A DNA stretch of 62,424 nt, counting the filler, from Cladosporium halotolerans (taxonomy: Eukaryota): assembly GCF_011745625.1 (NCBI RefSeq). It is 8 parts of 8 records of this genome, joined end to end, with 100 filler letters (N's around TTAATTAATTAA, not from the genome) between each part and the next. Parts side by side here need not be neighbours in the genome. Positions count along the whole stretch, not along the records: positions 16,298 to 24,193 come from NW_027191623.1; positions 24,294 to 32,160 come from NW_027191624.1; 6 more parts are not named here. One strand, 5' to 3'. A program made the position numbers and the translations under genes. Below are positions 22,060-32,260 of the stretch, in pieces. Within the stretch, counting starts at the first letter, position 1. Every line of letters starts with the position of its first letter. The notes under the pieces were generated by a model. That model did no database searches. It was not told the DNA's origin and saw only the letters and a list, made by a program, of their open reading frames with translations.

Positions 22060-22493
22060 TGATGAAGAATAGACAGGCTGGGCTATAATAGAAGTACAGT
22101 CGTGGGCGCTGGGGGTTTAGTTATCACATAAACGCCCATGATCTATAGTCAAGGGTACTCTAGCCGAACGATCTTGGAAACGGGAACATCGGCGACCGTA
22201 GTCGCCGATGCTCACGCTTTGACCTCTCGCTCTGTGCAGGCGTTACCGGCAGGATTCCCCTATCGATACGCTCGGGGCTTTTCATCTGCCAGCCTATCCT
22301 CAGTCCTTCCCATCTCGATCAATCCGGTGTCGGAGGTTTCACTCGCCACCCCGGCTCGCCCCGCTATTCTGACAATCCACTCGGGGGTCATTTCGTGCGA
22401 TACAACGTTCCCCTATATATAGACAACTCTGACAGCTACAGTGTGTGCACTATCTCAATTCACCAAAACACTCGTGGACTATCGTCCTTCACC
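22060..22493. promoter_or_regulatory. Putative bidirectional promoter with perfect 10-bp inverted repeat CATCGGCGAC-cgta-GTCGCCGATG (22187-22210) and TATATATA (about 22414-22421)
   Basis: 434 bp between two divergent ATGs; the palindrome contains CGG-N12-CCG. Confidence 0.6.
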
Positions 22494-23870
22494 ATGTCAA
22501 TTCTTTCGCGCTTTTCAGCCCCGAAGACACGTCACATCCTCACGACACGCCCCATTGTCTTCGCCTCCACGAGTCAGCCGACCCGCTCGTTTGCCTCCGT
22601 AATCAATGCACCACAAGTGAGTTCGAGCTCACACAGCCACAAAGTGGTCATTGTGGGTGGTGGTAGCGCCGGGATCACTATTAGCAATCAATTACTCCGT
22701 TCAGGACGCTTCACGTCCAAGGACATTGCTCTTATCGACCCAGCGGAATGGCACCATTACCAACCCGGCTGGACTCTGGTCGGAGGAGGTCTTAAGGACA
22801 AAGATTCTTTGAAAAAAAGATTGGACGATATGGTTGATGCGAAAGTCCAATTTTACAACGATCAAGTCCAAAGCTTCTCGCCGGACCAGCACACCCTTTC
22901 TCTTCGCAACGGTGCACAGATCAGCTACGACCAGCTTGTTGTCTGCCCGGGGATCAAGGTCGACTTTACCAGCATTCGTGGATTGCAAGATGCGATTGCC
23001 GACCGTCACGCTCCCGTTTCTTCCATCTACAGTTACGACACGTGCGACAAGACTGCCCGTAATCTCGCAGATTTCAGGAAGGGGAAGGCCTTGTTCACCC
23101 ATCCCACGGGTCCCGTCAAATGTGCCGGTGCCCCTCAAAAGATTATGTGGCTAGCATTGGATGGGTGGAAGCGAGCTGGCCTCTACAAGCCTGATTATCC
23201 TTCGACGTCTCCGGTCCACATCAGTTTCGCAACAGGGATGCCCGTCATGTTTGGAGTGCCAAAGTACAGCCAGAAGTTGGATGAGCTTCGGGCACAAAGG
23301 GCCGTAGAGGGTTTGTTCCAACACGACCTGGTTGCCATCGAAGGCAATACCGCCATCCTTGCCCAGGCCGATGGCAAGGGGGAGGTCAAGAGGCATTTTG
23401 AACTCCTGCATGCCGTCCCTAAGATGGGGCCTCACCCGTTTGTCAAGACAAGTGCGTTAGCAAACGAAGCGGGTTTCGTGGATGTGGATGAGGGCACACT
23501 TCGACACAAGAGATACTCGAACGTGTGGTCGTGCGGCGATGCCTCTGGTTTGCCAACTTCCAAAACCGCTGCTGCAATCACGGCTCAAGCGCCGGTCTTG
23601 GTGTCTAACCTGCTTAGTGTGATGCAGGACCAAACTCCCTCCGAAATCTATAATGGGTATACATCATGCCCATTGCTTACTGAGTATGGCAAGGTCATGC
23701 TCGCCGAGTTCGCCTACGGAGGCAAGCCCTACGAAACGTTCGGTCGATTTGTTGACCAGGCCACGCCGCGCCGCGCATTCTATCACATGAAAAAGGATTT
23801 CTTTCCATGGGTGTATTATGCATCAATGGTCAAGGGGACGTGGGCTGGGCCCAAGGGTTGGAAGTGGTGA
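22494..23870 (+). CDS. sqr: Mitochondrial sulfide:quinone oxidoreductase (SQOR/Hmt2 family), intronless, 458 aa
   Basis: VVIVGGGSAG (FAD), HYQPGWTLVGGG, KCAGAPQK and YNGYTSCPL (the two redox cysteines), LAEF.YGG.P.ETF; presequence-like N-terminus MSILSRFSAPKTRH...RSFAS. Confidence 0.95.
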   Translation: MSILSRFSAPKTRHILTTRPIVFASTSQPTRSFASVINAPQVSSSSHSHKVVIVGGGSAGITISNQLLRSGRFTSKDIALIDPAEWHHYQPGWTLVGGGLKDKDSLKKRLDDMVDAKVQFYNDQVQSFSPDQHTLSLRNGAQISYDQLVVCPGIKVDFTSIRGLQDAIADRHAPVSSIYSYDTCDKTARNLADFRKGKALFTHPTGPVKCAGAPQKIMWLALDGWKRAGLYKPDYPSTSPVHISFATGMPVMFGVPKYSQKLDELRAQRAVEGLFQHDLVAIEGNTAILAQADGKGEVKRHFELLHAVPKMGPHPFVKTSALANEAGFVDVDEGTLRHKRYSNVWSCGDASGLPTSKTAAAITAQAPVLVSNLLSVMQDQTPSEIYNGYTSCPLLTEYGKVMLAEFAYGGKPYETFGRFVDQATPRRAFYHMKKDFFPWVYYASMVKGTWAGPKGWKW

Positions 23871-25549
23871 ACAACGTGAACAACGTGGAAGTTGTTGGAG
23901 CTTACAAGATAACTGTGGATGAAGGTTGGGTGAAAGGTTCCTTCGATTGTGTTTTTTTTCTTTTTCAACACTACACAGCGTAGACACCGAGTGGCTGTAC
24001 AGGAGCAAGTCGAGGTTGCATTGAATTTCGCATACATTGGTAATAGCAATACGGATATTCGTCGACAAGATCATGTAATCTCGCCCTACGGATGTTGCAG
24101 AGAGTACACCGACAGTCATGTCCAATAATTTTGCCATGTTCATGTCATGTGCAGTGGGAAAAATCTATGTTCATATTCATGTCGCGTCATGTGNNNNNNN
24201 NNNNNNNNNNNNNNNNNNNNNNNNNNNNNNNNNNNNNTTAATTAATTAANNNNNNNNNNNNNNNNNNNNNNNNNNNNNNNNNNNNNNNNNNNNTTGTTGA
24301 TGTGTGAGATACAAGTAGTGGAAGCTCCTCGACACCGGGCCCGTCAAGCGTGCCTGAGGTGTGGACGTGCTTGAGGTGGGGAAAGCTTCTACACAACAGC
24401 CAAAAGAGCGATGAGCCCACGTGACAGTCTCGCAAAAACTCATCACTTGACGACCCCTACCCATCGACAATGCCCAACATGGCCGACATGGCCGCCCACC
24501 TTGCCGTCCAGCCGTCGGAAACCCCCCGACACGATACGACAAACCTGCGCGCACCGCGCCCCAGCAGGCAACACGCTCCGACCGCGACCGACGCGGTCGC
24601 CAACACCGACAACGCCGACTCAACGTCGAAGATGAGCAAGCGCTTGGAGAACACGCACAAAATGCACAGGAGTGCGATGGGCCCGCGAGCTCTCGCAGGA
24701 AGAGCAATACACAGGCTCACCACTTGAGATGAGTCACATCGGCCAAGACGCCTAGCACGAGCGCCTGATGGGCTCGACCAGTTGAGGACAACAGCAGACG
24801 CAATGCGTCAGCACGAAGTGAGAACATGCCGACTACAGCTCGCACGCGAGAAGAAGGACGGCAGCAAGAAACTCAGCCAGGAGAGGCGCCTCAGCTTCGG
24901 CAGGCAATTGGCAAAAGGCAAGCAGCATGCGCAAGACAGCGCACACTCCCAGCACTTGCGGTGGCCAGCCTGTGACACGTGGAAGATAGTGGAGGAAAGC
25001 AGAGAGAGAGGAGTGAGGGTCAGTAGTTGCGACCACGAAGACAAAGGCAATCGCCTTTGAGCGTCACCACGAAGTGGCGTGGTCTTGAGCGCCTATGCGA
25101 AGCGCTGATAGAATCACATGCACACAGTAACGCAAGCTCTCACCTTATTCTTCAGTCAACCTCACCTTATTGACAGCAAAAAGTCTACCAGGGCCCACAA
25201 GAGCGATGGCATAGAATACACACAGCGTTGACCGACAGTCGTGCAATTCAATTTTGTCGAGTCGTGTCAAAGAAGCCCAGTCGAAATACAAGGGCAGGAT
25301 ACAGTACCGATGGAGTTTGCGTTGGGCGCTTCAAAGCGTCTTGTCTATGACTGCATTGAAAAACCGATTGATATGACATCGGCCCTCCTTCGATATAAGG
25401 GATTGCAAGATAGATAGGGACAACCATAATAGGACAATAAGAACGTCCATGTCAAGAAATCACACATTCGTGTGCCTCTGAAGGACTCGTATCATAAGCC
25501 GTTGCACTCAGTGACAAACGTTACGATCATTTCCAAGCATTGAGTCCCC

Positions 25550-26829
25550 TCACTTCTCTCCAATGTGGAGCTTAGCCTTGGTCTTGTCAGCGAAGCCCTC
25601 CTCGCCAGTGTCGCTGCTCGAGCCGGACGGGCCCGAGGCGCCGCCGGTGTTGGCTGAGGTGTTGTCCCTGGTCGATTCTATACGCCGGTTAATCAGGAAT
25701 GACATCCGCATTTCTTTATGTAGGAGTTTATTGACGGTCAGGCTGGCCTCCGGCCGACGGCACATTGTCCTCCGAGCGGATCTTCGGGACGTCGGGAACG
25801 GTATCGCTCCCGCCCCAGTGCTTCTCGCCAAGCTGGATGCCGCCGGCAGTGGGGATGGCGCTCTTATTCTCCCTCGTCGCGGCCTGCTTGCCTTCGGTGT
25901 GGCGGGGCCTGGCCGACTCTTTGCTCTCATTAGGTTCCGCACCTTCGGCGCCCACTGCTGCGCGGTCAGTCTTCTCCCTAGACTGACTGCTTTCTCTTTT
26001 AGTGTTCTCGTCCGTGAAGGACAGCCTGTCGGTCCCAGAATCCAGAGTGGAGTTATCCATGGAAGAGAACCTGTCAGCGCCGGATTCCACGACGACAGTG
26101 CTGTCCGTAGAGGAAAGGTCGTCCCTTCCAGTGTTCTCCCTAGCCGAGCTGCTCATGGAGGAAAGCCCAGTAGTAGCGCCAACAGGGCCAGCTCCAACGC
26201 CGCTGGCCAAGCTGCCAGACGTCTCCGAGGATCTGTCATATCCGGTACCAGACACAGCTCCTACACCAGTGGTGTCTCTGACTCTGCCATCTCTCACATC
26301 GCCATCACAATAGAGTCCGGAATCGGTCTTGGAGCTTCCGTCGTAGCCGACAGCGCCACCAGCCGCCCTCGCAGCGGCCTCCCTGGCGCGCTCGCTGCCA
26401 TAGCTCGACGCAGAAGCAGAAGGGTGCACCTTGGCACCAAACGCGGGCTCTGCGGTCGCATCGTTAGCGCCCATTCTCGAGCCTCCGTAAACAGCCGCAC
26501 CAGCAACAGTGGTCCCTGCGGCAGCTCCTGCCCCTGCGCCGGCTGGTCCGTGGCCCTGTTGAAGGCTGTAACCCGCACCGGCTGTGGCAGCAGCAGCAGC
26601 AACTGCTCCAATACCAGCAAAAGCACCTGTCGTCGGTCTGGTGCGTTTGTGTGTCCCATGACTAGCTGGGGCTGATGCCGGGGACGACGCTTTGGGGATT
26701 GACTGAGTCGTAGTATTCAGTAATGGTGGTTACGTTACCGGAGCCGTGAGGGACGCTGGCATTGACATTGTCGGCGCCCGGAGCGCTGGTTGGCGGCTGG
26801 CGGGAGAGGTTGTTGGGGTTTGCGGACAT
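25550..26829 (-). CDS. Gly/Ser/Thr-rich hydrophilin/dehydrin-like stress protein; intron 25678-25735; one apparent +1 frameshift near 26680
   Basis: SAIPTAGGIQLGEKHWGGS and C-terminal DKTKAKLHIGEK; splicing restores the frame (QPD-Q-STRDN); removing one base from the G4 run at 26680-26683 fuses MSANPNN... to the 248-aa ORF. Confidence 0.6.
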
Positions 26830-27705
26830 GGTGGGACAAGTCGCTGTAGTCGGTAAGGTCCCTATCTGCTTGTAGCTTGGTGAGTGGGCCCAAATAGCAA
26901 GAGCGTTGTGCAAAGGATATTGGAAGGTATGGAAAGTGGTCTTATCCGGAAGAGCAGACGGGCATAACTACCTACGTGTACCGCAAGAACGGCACCCGTA
27001 ATGCAATGAACGATCTGTGTCGCCACCACCGCTCCATAATTCCATTGCCGCACGGCAATCGAGACAGAGCGGCAGTAACCCTTACGTAGGGAGAGTTGCT
27101 TACCCTAACCCTAAACGTTGATGAGTTGTTCAAAGGCTTCGACTCGAAGCCTTCGTCTTCTACAGTTAGGGAAGAAAGTTGAGCGATGTTCTCTCCGACT
27201 TGAGGGAACGCACTTCCCGGCTCCTGCTTTCCTGCGCTCGGGTGACTCCACAGGGCCGAAATAGATTTCACCCGGCCAACCCTTCCAACATCACATTGAG
27301 GTTTCTACGTTGGCCCTATGACTACAACTTACGGCAAAATTCTTCTTTCGCTTGAGACCAATGGTACTCCCCGCGAGCATCAAGAAATGAATCCATGCCC
27401 CGCATAGACAGCTTGGTCCCCTGGAGGTTGATGCACTGAAAGACTTTAGTTAGATATCTTGCACTTACTCTTCAATTTTGCAAACGTCACTTCCTGAGAC
27501 ATTTTATTTCCAATCCTTCCCTCACTTCTCTCTTCATCTTTATCTTCACTGTTGCTATCATCATCCTCGTCGTCGTCGTCATCAGCTTCACCGTCACCAC
27601 CCCCCCCTCATAGTCGAGTTGTCGAAGCCCGAGCCGATTGAACTGAGGACCATAGACCCTGAGTGGACTTTTGGAAAAACCAAGCAATCTTCAACATAGA
27701 TCTCT

Positions 27706-29425
27706 CCCTCCGCTTCTCCGAAAGTCTTAGGATTGCCAAGGTTGAACAGATTCTCGACTGTTTTGATACATACCTCAGACTCGTTATGGGAGTCAATGCA
27801 GCAACCAGTAACGAATTGGACGTCGAACAAAGCTTTGAATAATCACTGCGCATCCGCATGGATATAGACATCGTCCTTGAAGTGGTTGCTTCCTCCTGCC
27901 ATCTTGCATCTCTTGGCCAATTCTACATATACTGCTCTGCAAACCTTGCCTCGGACTGTCTCGTCGAAATCCTTGCTCTGCCAAGTGTACATCAAGAGGT
28001 CTTTTGCCCTTTGCACAGTAGTTGCTTTCGAATCCCTCACTTCGTAAATGAAACCTGCAAGCTTCCTCTCATGCTCGCCTTGAAGGCCCTCTATCGGTGC
28101 CAGATCCGGTGAATTACCCGGATGGTTCACAAACACAATACCTTGCTGCTGGATTTCAGGCTGCAATAGTTGTCGGGCCTTTAGATGAGGACCATGGTTG
28201 TCTTCCTGTATCACTCTTCTGCCCGGGTTGCGCCGACAAATCTCGCGGTAATAAGGAAAGAGCAGCTTCCTGTATACCTCGAAGGCGTACCACACAGATT
28301 TGAGTTTCTTGGTCCCGTCTTTGGGGTCGTGGCGTTGGTAAGGAAAAAGGCGCTCCGCGGTCCAGTCTTTAGGGCCACCACTATCATCAGCGTTGGCGCG
28401 CATCCACAGGCGTCTGATCTTTACCTGCGTGTTCATCCAAGTGAGATACTGGTGTTCGGGAGTGCCATGGATTCTGGCGTTAGCACGCTGTTCTTCGGTG
28501 ATCTTCTTCGCCTGCGCATTACATTCGTCCAACTGCTTCTACAGCTCCTCGGATGTTTGGTCTTGGAGCTCCCACACAGTCCAAGGTCTCTTCACGCTAC
28601 AATCGTCACCGCAAGCCGCAGCCCATTGTTCGAGCTTGAAACGTGTTGGAGCACAACTCTGGTATGAACTGGTGTTGATTGGCAAGGTTATATGCTGGTT
28701 GGGTGTGCCTCCAAAATGATAGGCCTTTTCGTCGCAACATATGAAGATTGCTTCTGCCTGGTCCAGCTGCTCAACCTCAAATAGATATGCCTGACGCTTT
28801 GACACATTGGCAGCGCTGAGCTCGTTGCGTCGGTATGCACGGTGCCGTGTATACATTCTGCGGTCTTCTGGATCAGCAGCGCATTGCTCAGAGTCTTGCA
28901 AGATGTTATACACCTGCTGCGACCCCAGAGGTCGAACGTTGCGGTCGATCTCGCCGAGTATCTTCGTTCCCTGAGATAGCGGTTGGCTGCGTCATTTATA
29001 GCATGATACGGGTGTTCTCGAACACCTTTTCGGACAGTGAGGGATACCTCGTCTCCAGGGGCAGCTCTCTTTGGCCTGCCGCTACGTGGCTGCACATTGA
29101 CTGCCGCTTGCAGATCCGCCAGATCCAAGGTTGAACTGCGCGATCTAGCGGACCGGACAAGGTTGTGCACAGTCGAACTTGCCAGGCCCAATCTTCTCGC
29201 GATCTCAATCTGTGGCATCTCCAAGTCAAACGCGTAGGCAATGGCGCAATGGCGCTTCCATGCTGGAGTTTCGGGGCCTTTTCCCATGGCGTTGATGCAC
29301 AGTCGTAAGTACCGCCTTCTGTGGAGACAGGTCTCAATACAGCTGAGGATCCAGCATGCACAGATTGCAGGGGCGGATAGACCCGTAGCTTGGCAGAATC
29401 CCAAAACTTTCGGAGAAGCGGAGGG
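27706..29425 (-). mobile_element. Tc1/mariner-superfamily transposon, ~35-bp imperfect TIRs; transposase pseudogene 29287-27843
   Basis: TIR CCCTCCGCTTCTCCGAAAGT...TGCCAAG at 27706-27740 and inverted at 29389-29425; HTH IARRLGLASSTV, RSGRPK, CDEK, QEDNHGPH, NSPDLAPIE; frameshift near 28960 and stop at 28539. Confidence 0.88.
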
Positions 29426-29572
29426 TTCAACACTCTCGTCTCGTACCACTGCTTATCTACTACATCGGAGTAGTAGATCTGACAGCCCCCGGTCCTATTC
29501 GAGGTTCCTATAGAGGAACCGTCACCTGACAGCCCTCAGTCCTGTGTGAGGTTCCCACAGGGGAACCGTCAC

Positions 29573-30600
29573 AATATCTATACTCAACGCTCTATAAAAG
29601 ATAATCTAACGAAGAATAACTACCTAAGGTCTATTACCTACTCTATATTTAAAGTAGGGTCTACTACCTCCGAGCGTGGTAGTGTTTTTAGCTACGGCCT
29701 ACTAGGTACTCGTTAGTAGTACGTAGAACGTAGCTAATTAGAAGAACGCTTTAAAAAACCACGCTAATCCTTCCCTATAATACTACCTATCTCGAAATTA
29801 ATAATAAATCTATACTTTAAAGAATTAAGACTTTTAGGCTTAAGCTAATATTATAGTGTAGTGAAGTTGAAGTTCCTGTCACGTGATCTCGTCACTATCA
29901 CGGGACGAGACAGCCAGCCGTGCGGATGCGCGCTATTAGGATCTAAGATCCTAAGTGACTACCGTCACGTGAGTGTAAGTCAGGTGACTAAGAAGTCGGG
30001 TTGGTACTCGGTAGAGAGGGCACGAAGTGCAGAAGCAAAGATATAGTGAACAAGTCTTGATTCCAAGCAGTCACTATGAACAATGAGTTGAACACAAGAA
30101 TTCTAACGGTCTTCTTGAGTTCCTATATACCAAGGAGATTCGTACTATAGTTACAGTGATTAGCGTTCCTTAGAACAACTCTAAGTTCGAGGGCTCAGTC
30201 TTAGACTAAGACTGAGGTTGAGCGCTTAGTTGAATCATAAAGTCACGTGATCCAGGCGCTTCTTGTTATATAGCCGGACTGAGATTCTGGGTTGCTCTAA
30301 CGGCTGCTACTTAGCTTCGGAACTGTTCCGTGGCTCAGTTCGGATCGTAACATGCGCTTAGTAGCTATATACGTATTATCTACGAAGCGTAGGGTATTAC
30401 TACGGAAAGTAGCGATTAGTCTTATACTCTAAGTAGTTATTACTCGGTAGCATCCTATACGTTGCGAGATTCATCTTTTAGATAATCCCCTTTAATAATA
30501 CTACTTTTACGGACTAGCCCCGGGATTCCCCTAAGCTAAAGTCTCGCTAATGAATCCATAGCATGCCTAATAACGATACTATTCAAATTAGCGTGACGCC
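29573..30600. repeat. RIP-eroded AT-rich repeat remnant containing a probable solo LTR (29849-30352)
   Basis: TpA-rich, CpA/TpG-poor flanks; LTR-like ends TATTAT (read as RIP-mutated TGTTAC) at 29849 and GTAACA at 30352; internal TATATAA on the minus strand near 30270; no TSD found. Confidence 0.6.
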
Positions 30601-32029
30601 CTTGGTTCACTTATCGATTGTGATAAGACCACCGAATAGCTCTCGAGAAGGATACACTAGTAAATTCCGAACGTGACGAGAGTAATTGGACTTGCCCTCC
30701 AAGTCGGCTTTACTCGCCCCGAAAGCTACTTGACTCAAATTTCGCGGCCACGCTTCCGACTCAGCGTCTGAGTGATTGGGACTAAGCGATGAAGTGCGGA
30801 GGATCCTATTCGTGGAACGCTGGGATGGATCGGAAAAACCATATTCACCACTAGCGAACAACACCCCACCCTAAGCCTTAGGTCTAAACCGTAGCGGGAA
30901 GTCGAGTCGCATCTAACAAGGCAAATGATTGGCGCGCATAGGGCTGGGAATTCTGAGGATAGTAAAAGGAGTGTGCACTATCGGGCAATGTACTTCAACG
31001 GGTGCGGCTGAATTACGCAGAAGCGACAAAGTGAGCAGCAATCTTAGGTGGCGTTGAGGCGCTGCGACCTGTCACGGGCATGATGAAGCTGCCCAGCATA
31101 AACAGGTGAAGCAGGCATCAATCACCATCATGCTGCAAGTCAATTTTGCTAAACGAGCAGAAGTGCGTGAATGTCCGCTCTGGTCTAAGCAATGAAGATT
31201 GTTCAAGCTCGACCGGCATTGTTCATTGCCGATATGCGGCAAAATAATCACAGAGAATCGCCGACGAGACTTTTCACCCAGATATGCCCATTCGCATACA
31301 TGACATTGATGCCATTAACAGCTAGCAAACCATGTTCGAAGTCGTATTCTCCCTAGCTTGACACAATTGCGGCCTCGGCTCCCTGACGTGCACACGCATG
31401 AGAATTTGAAAGCCGTGCATAACGTTTTGGGGATATTCAGCATACCAAGGGCTTGACAAGCCTTCGCAAATGTGGCGCAATTGCTGAATCATTCACTTCT
31501 GATGCCAAGCCACTTCCCAAAGATCCTCGGGCTCTCACTATGTGCTCTTCCTGCCCTGAGCATCAGAAGCGCATCTTAAACATACTTCCTTCTCTCACAA
31601 CTTCACACGTTTGGTGTAAGCGCGCGCGCCCGTTTTGCAGCGAGACGCGCGCAAGCGGGCGGTCGTCAGAGCTTTCATTAATGAGTAGGACCAGGGTGAT
31701 CAGCCGCGCTGCCAATGGGCGGGCGGTTCCAATGTTCCGGTCACTGGATCTCGATGCGCTGTTGCAGGAGGAGGCGTGTTAGCGCCAGCCTACTTTCTGG
31801 CAGCGAATTCCGGAGGGGATGCGGAGAGCTCCCCGTGGGCAGATCAGAGGCGACGGAAGGGTCTGCCGAGGCCGCCGTGCCGTTCGGGCGACATTGAGGA
31901 GCTAGGGGTGGTTGTGACGGCAGAGCCGCAAGCTCAGCAGTGTGGTTGGAGGGTGTTGGCCATGGCGCGGCGGGCATGGTGCGAGGTGGTGCGTGGTGTC
32001 GCAAGGTGTAGGTGGTGCTAAAAACTTCT

Positions 32030-32160
32030 TTTCCACTTTGTCACAGACAGGGTCATCGTTTACATCACTCGAAAGCACAGGATAAGACCAGTGCGTGCAC
32101 ACCAACGCGATCCCCAGCGCCTCGCTGGCGGGAATGATATCCCCCAGCAAAGGCGGCGGA
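32030..32160 (+). mobile_element. 5' UTR and ORF1 start of a second, diverged copy of the 8331-13123 LINE family, cut by the contig end
   Basis: ACTTTGTCACAGACAG.GTCAT..TTTACATCA.TCGA...ATCCCCAGCGCCT.GCTGGCGGG.ATG...AAAGG.GGCGGA aligns with 8347-8472. Confidence 0.9.
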
Positions 32161-32260
32161 NNNNNNNNNNNNNNNNNNNNNNNNNNNNNNNNNNNNNNNN
32201 NNNNTTAATTAATTAANNNNNNNNNNNNNNNNNNNNNNNNNNNNNNNNNNNNNNNNNNNN

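Noticed and set aside
20804..23870. Bacterial contamination as the source of sqr-pdo
   Set aside because: The PDO has a spliceosomal intron, both genes have presequence-like N-termini, and fungal Fot1 elements are on the same contig.
25563..26675. 370-aa plus-strand ORF
   Set aside because: Antisense shadow of the minus-strand hydrophilin-like gene.
27103..27114. (CCCTAA)2 as a telomere remnant
   Set aside because: Only two units, internal, expected by chance.
27599..27612. C-run as an LTR polypurine tract
   Set aside because: Minus strand reads as an acidic low-complexity coding relic (GGDGEADDDDDEDDDS); no LTR follows.
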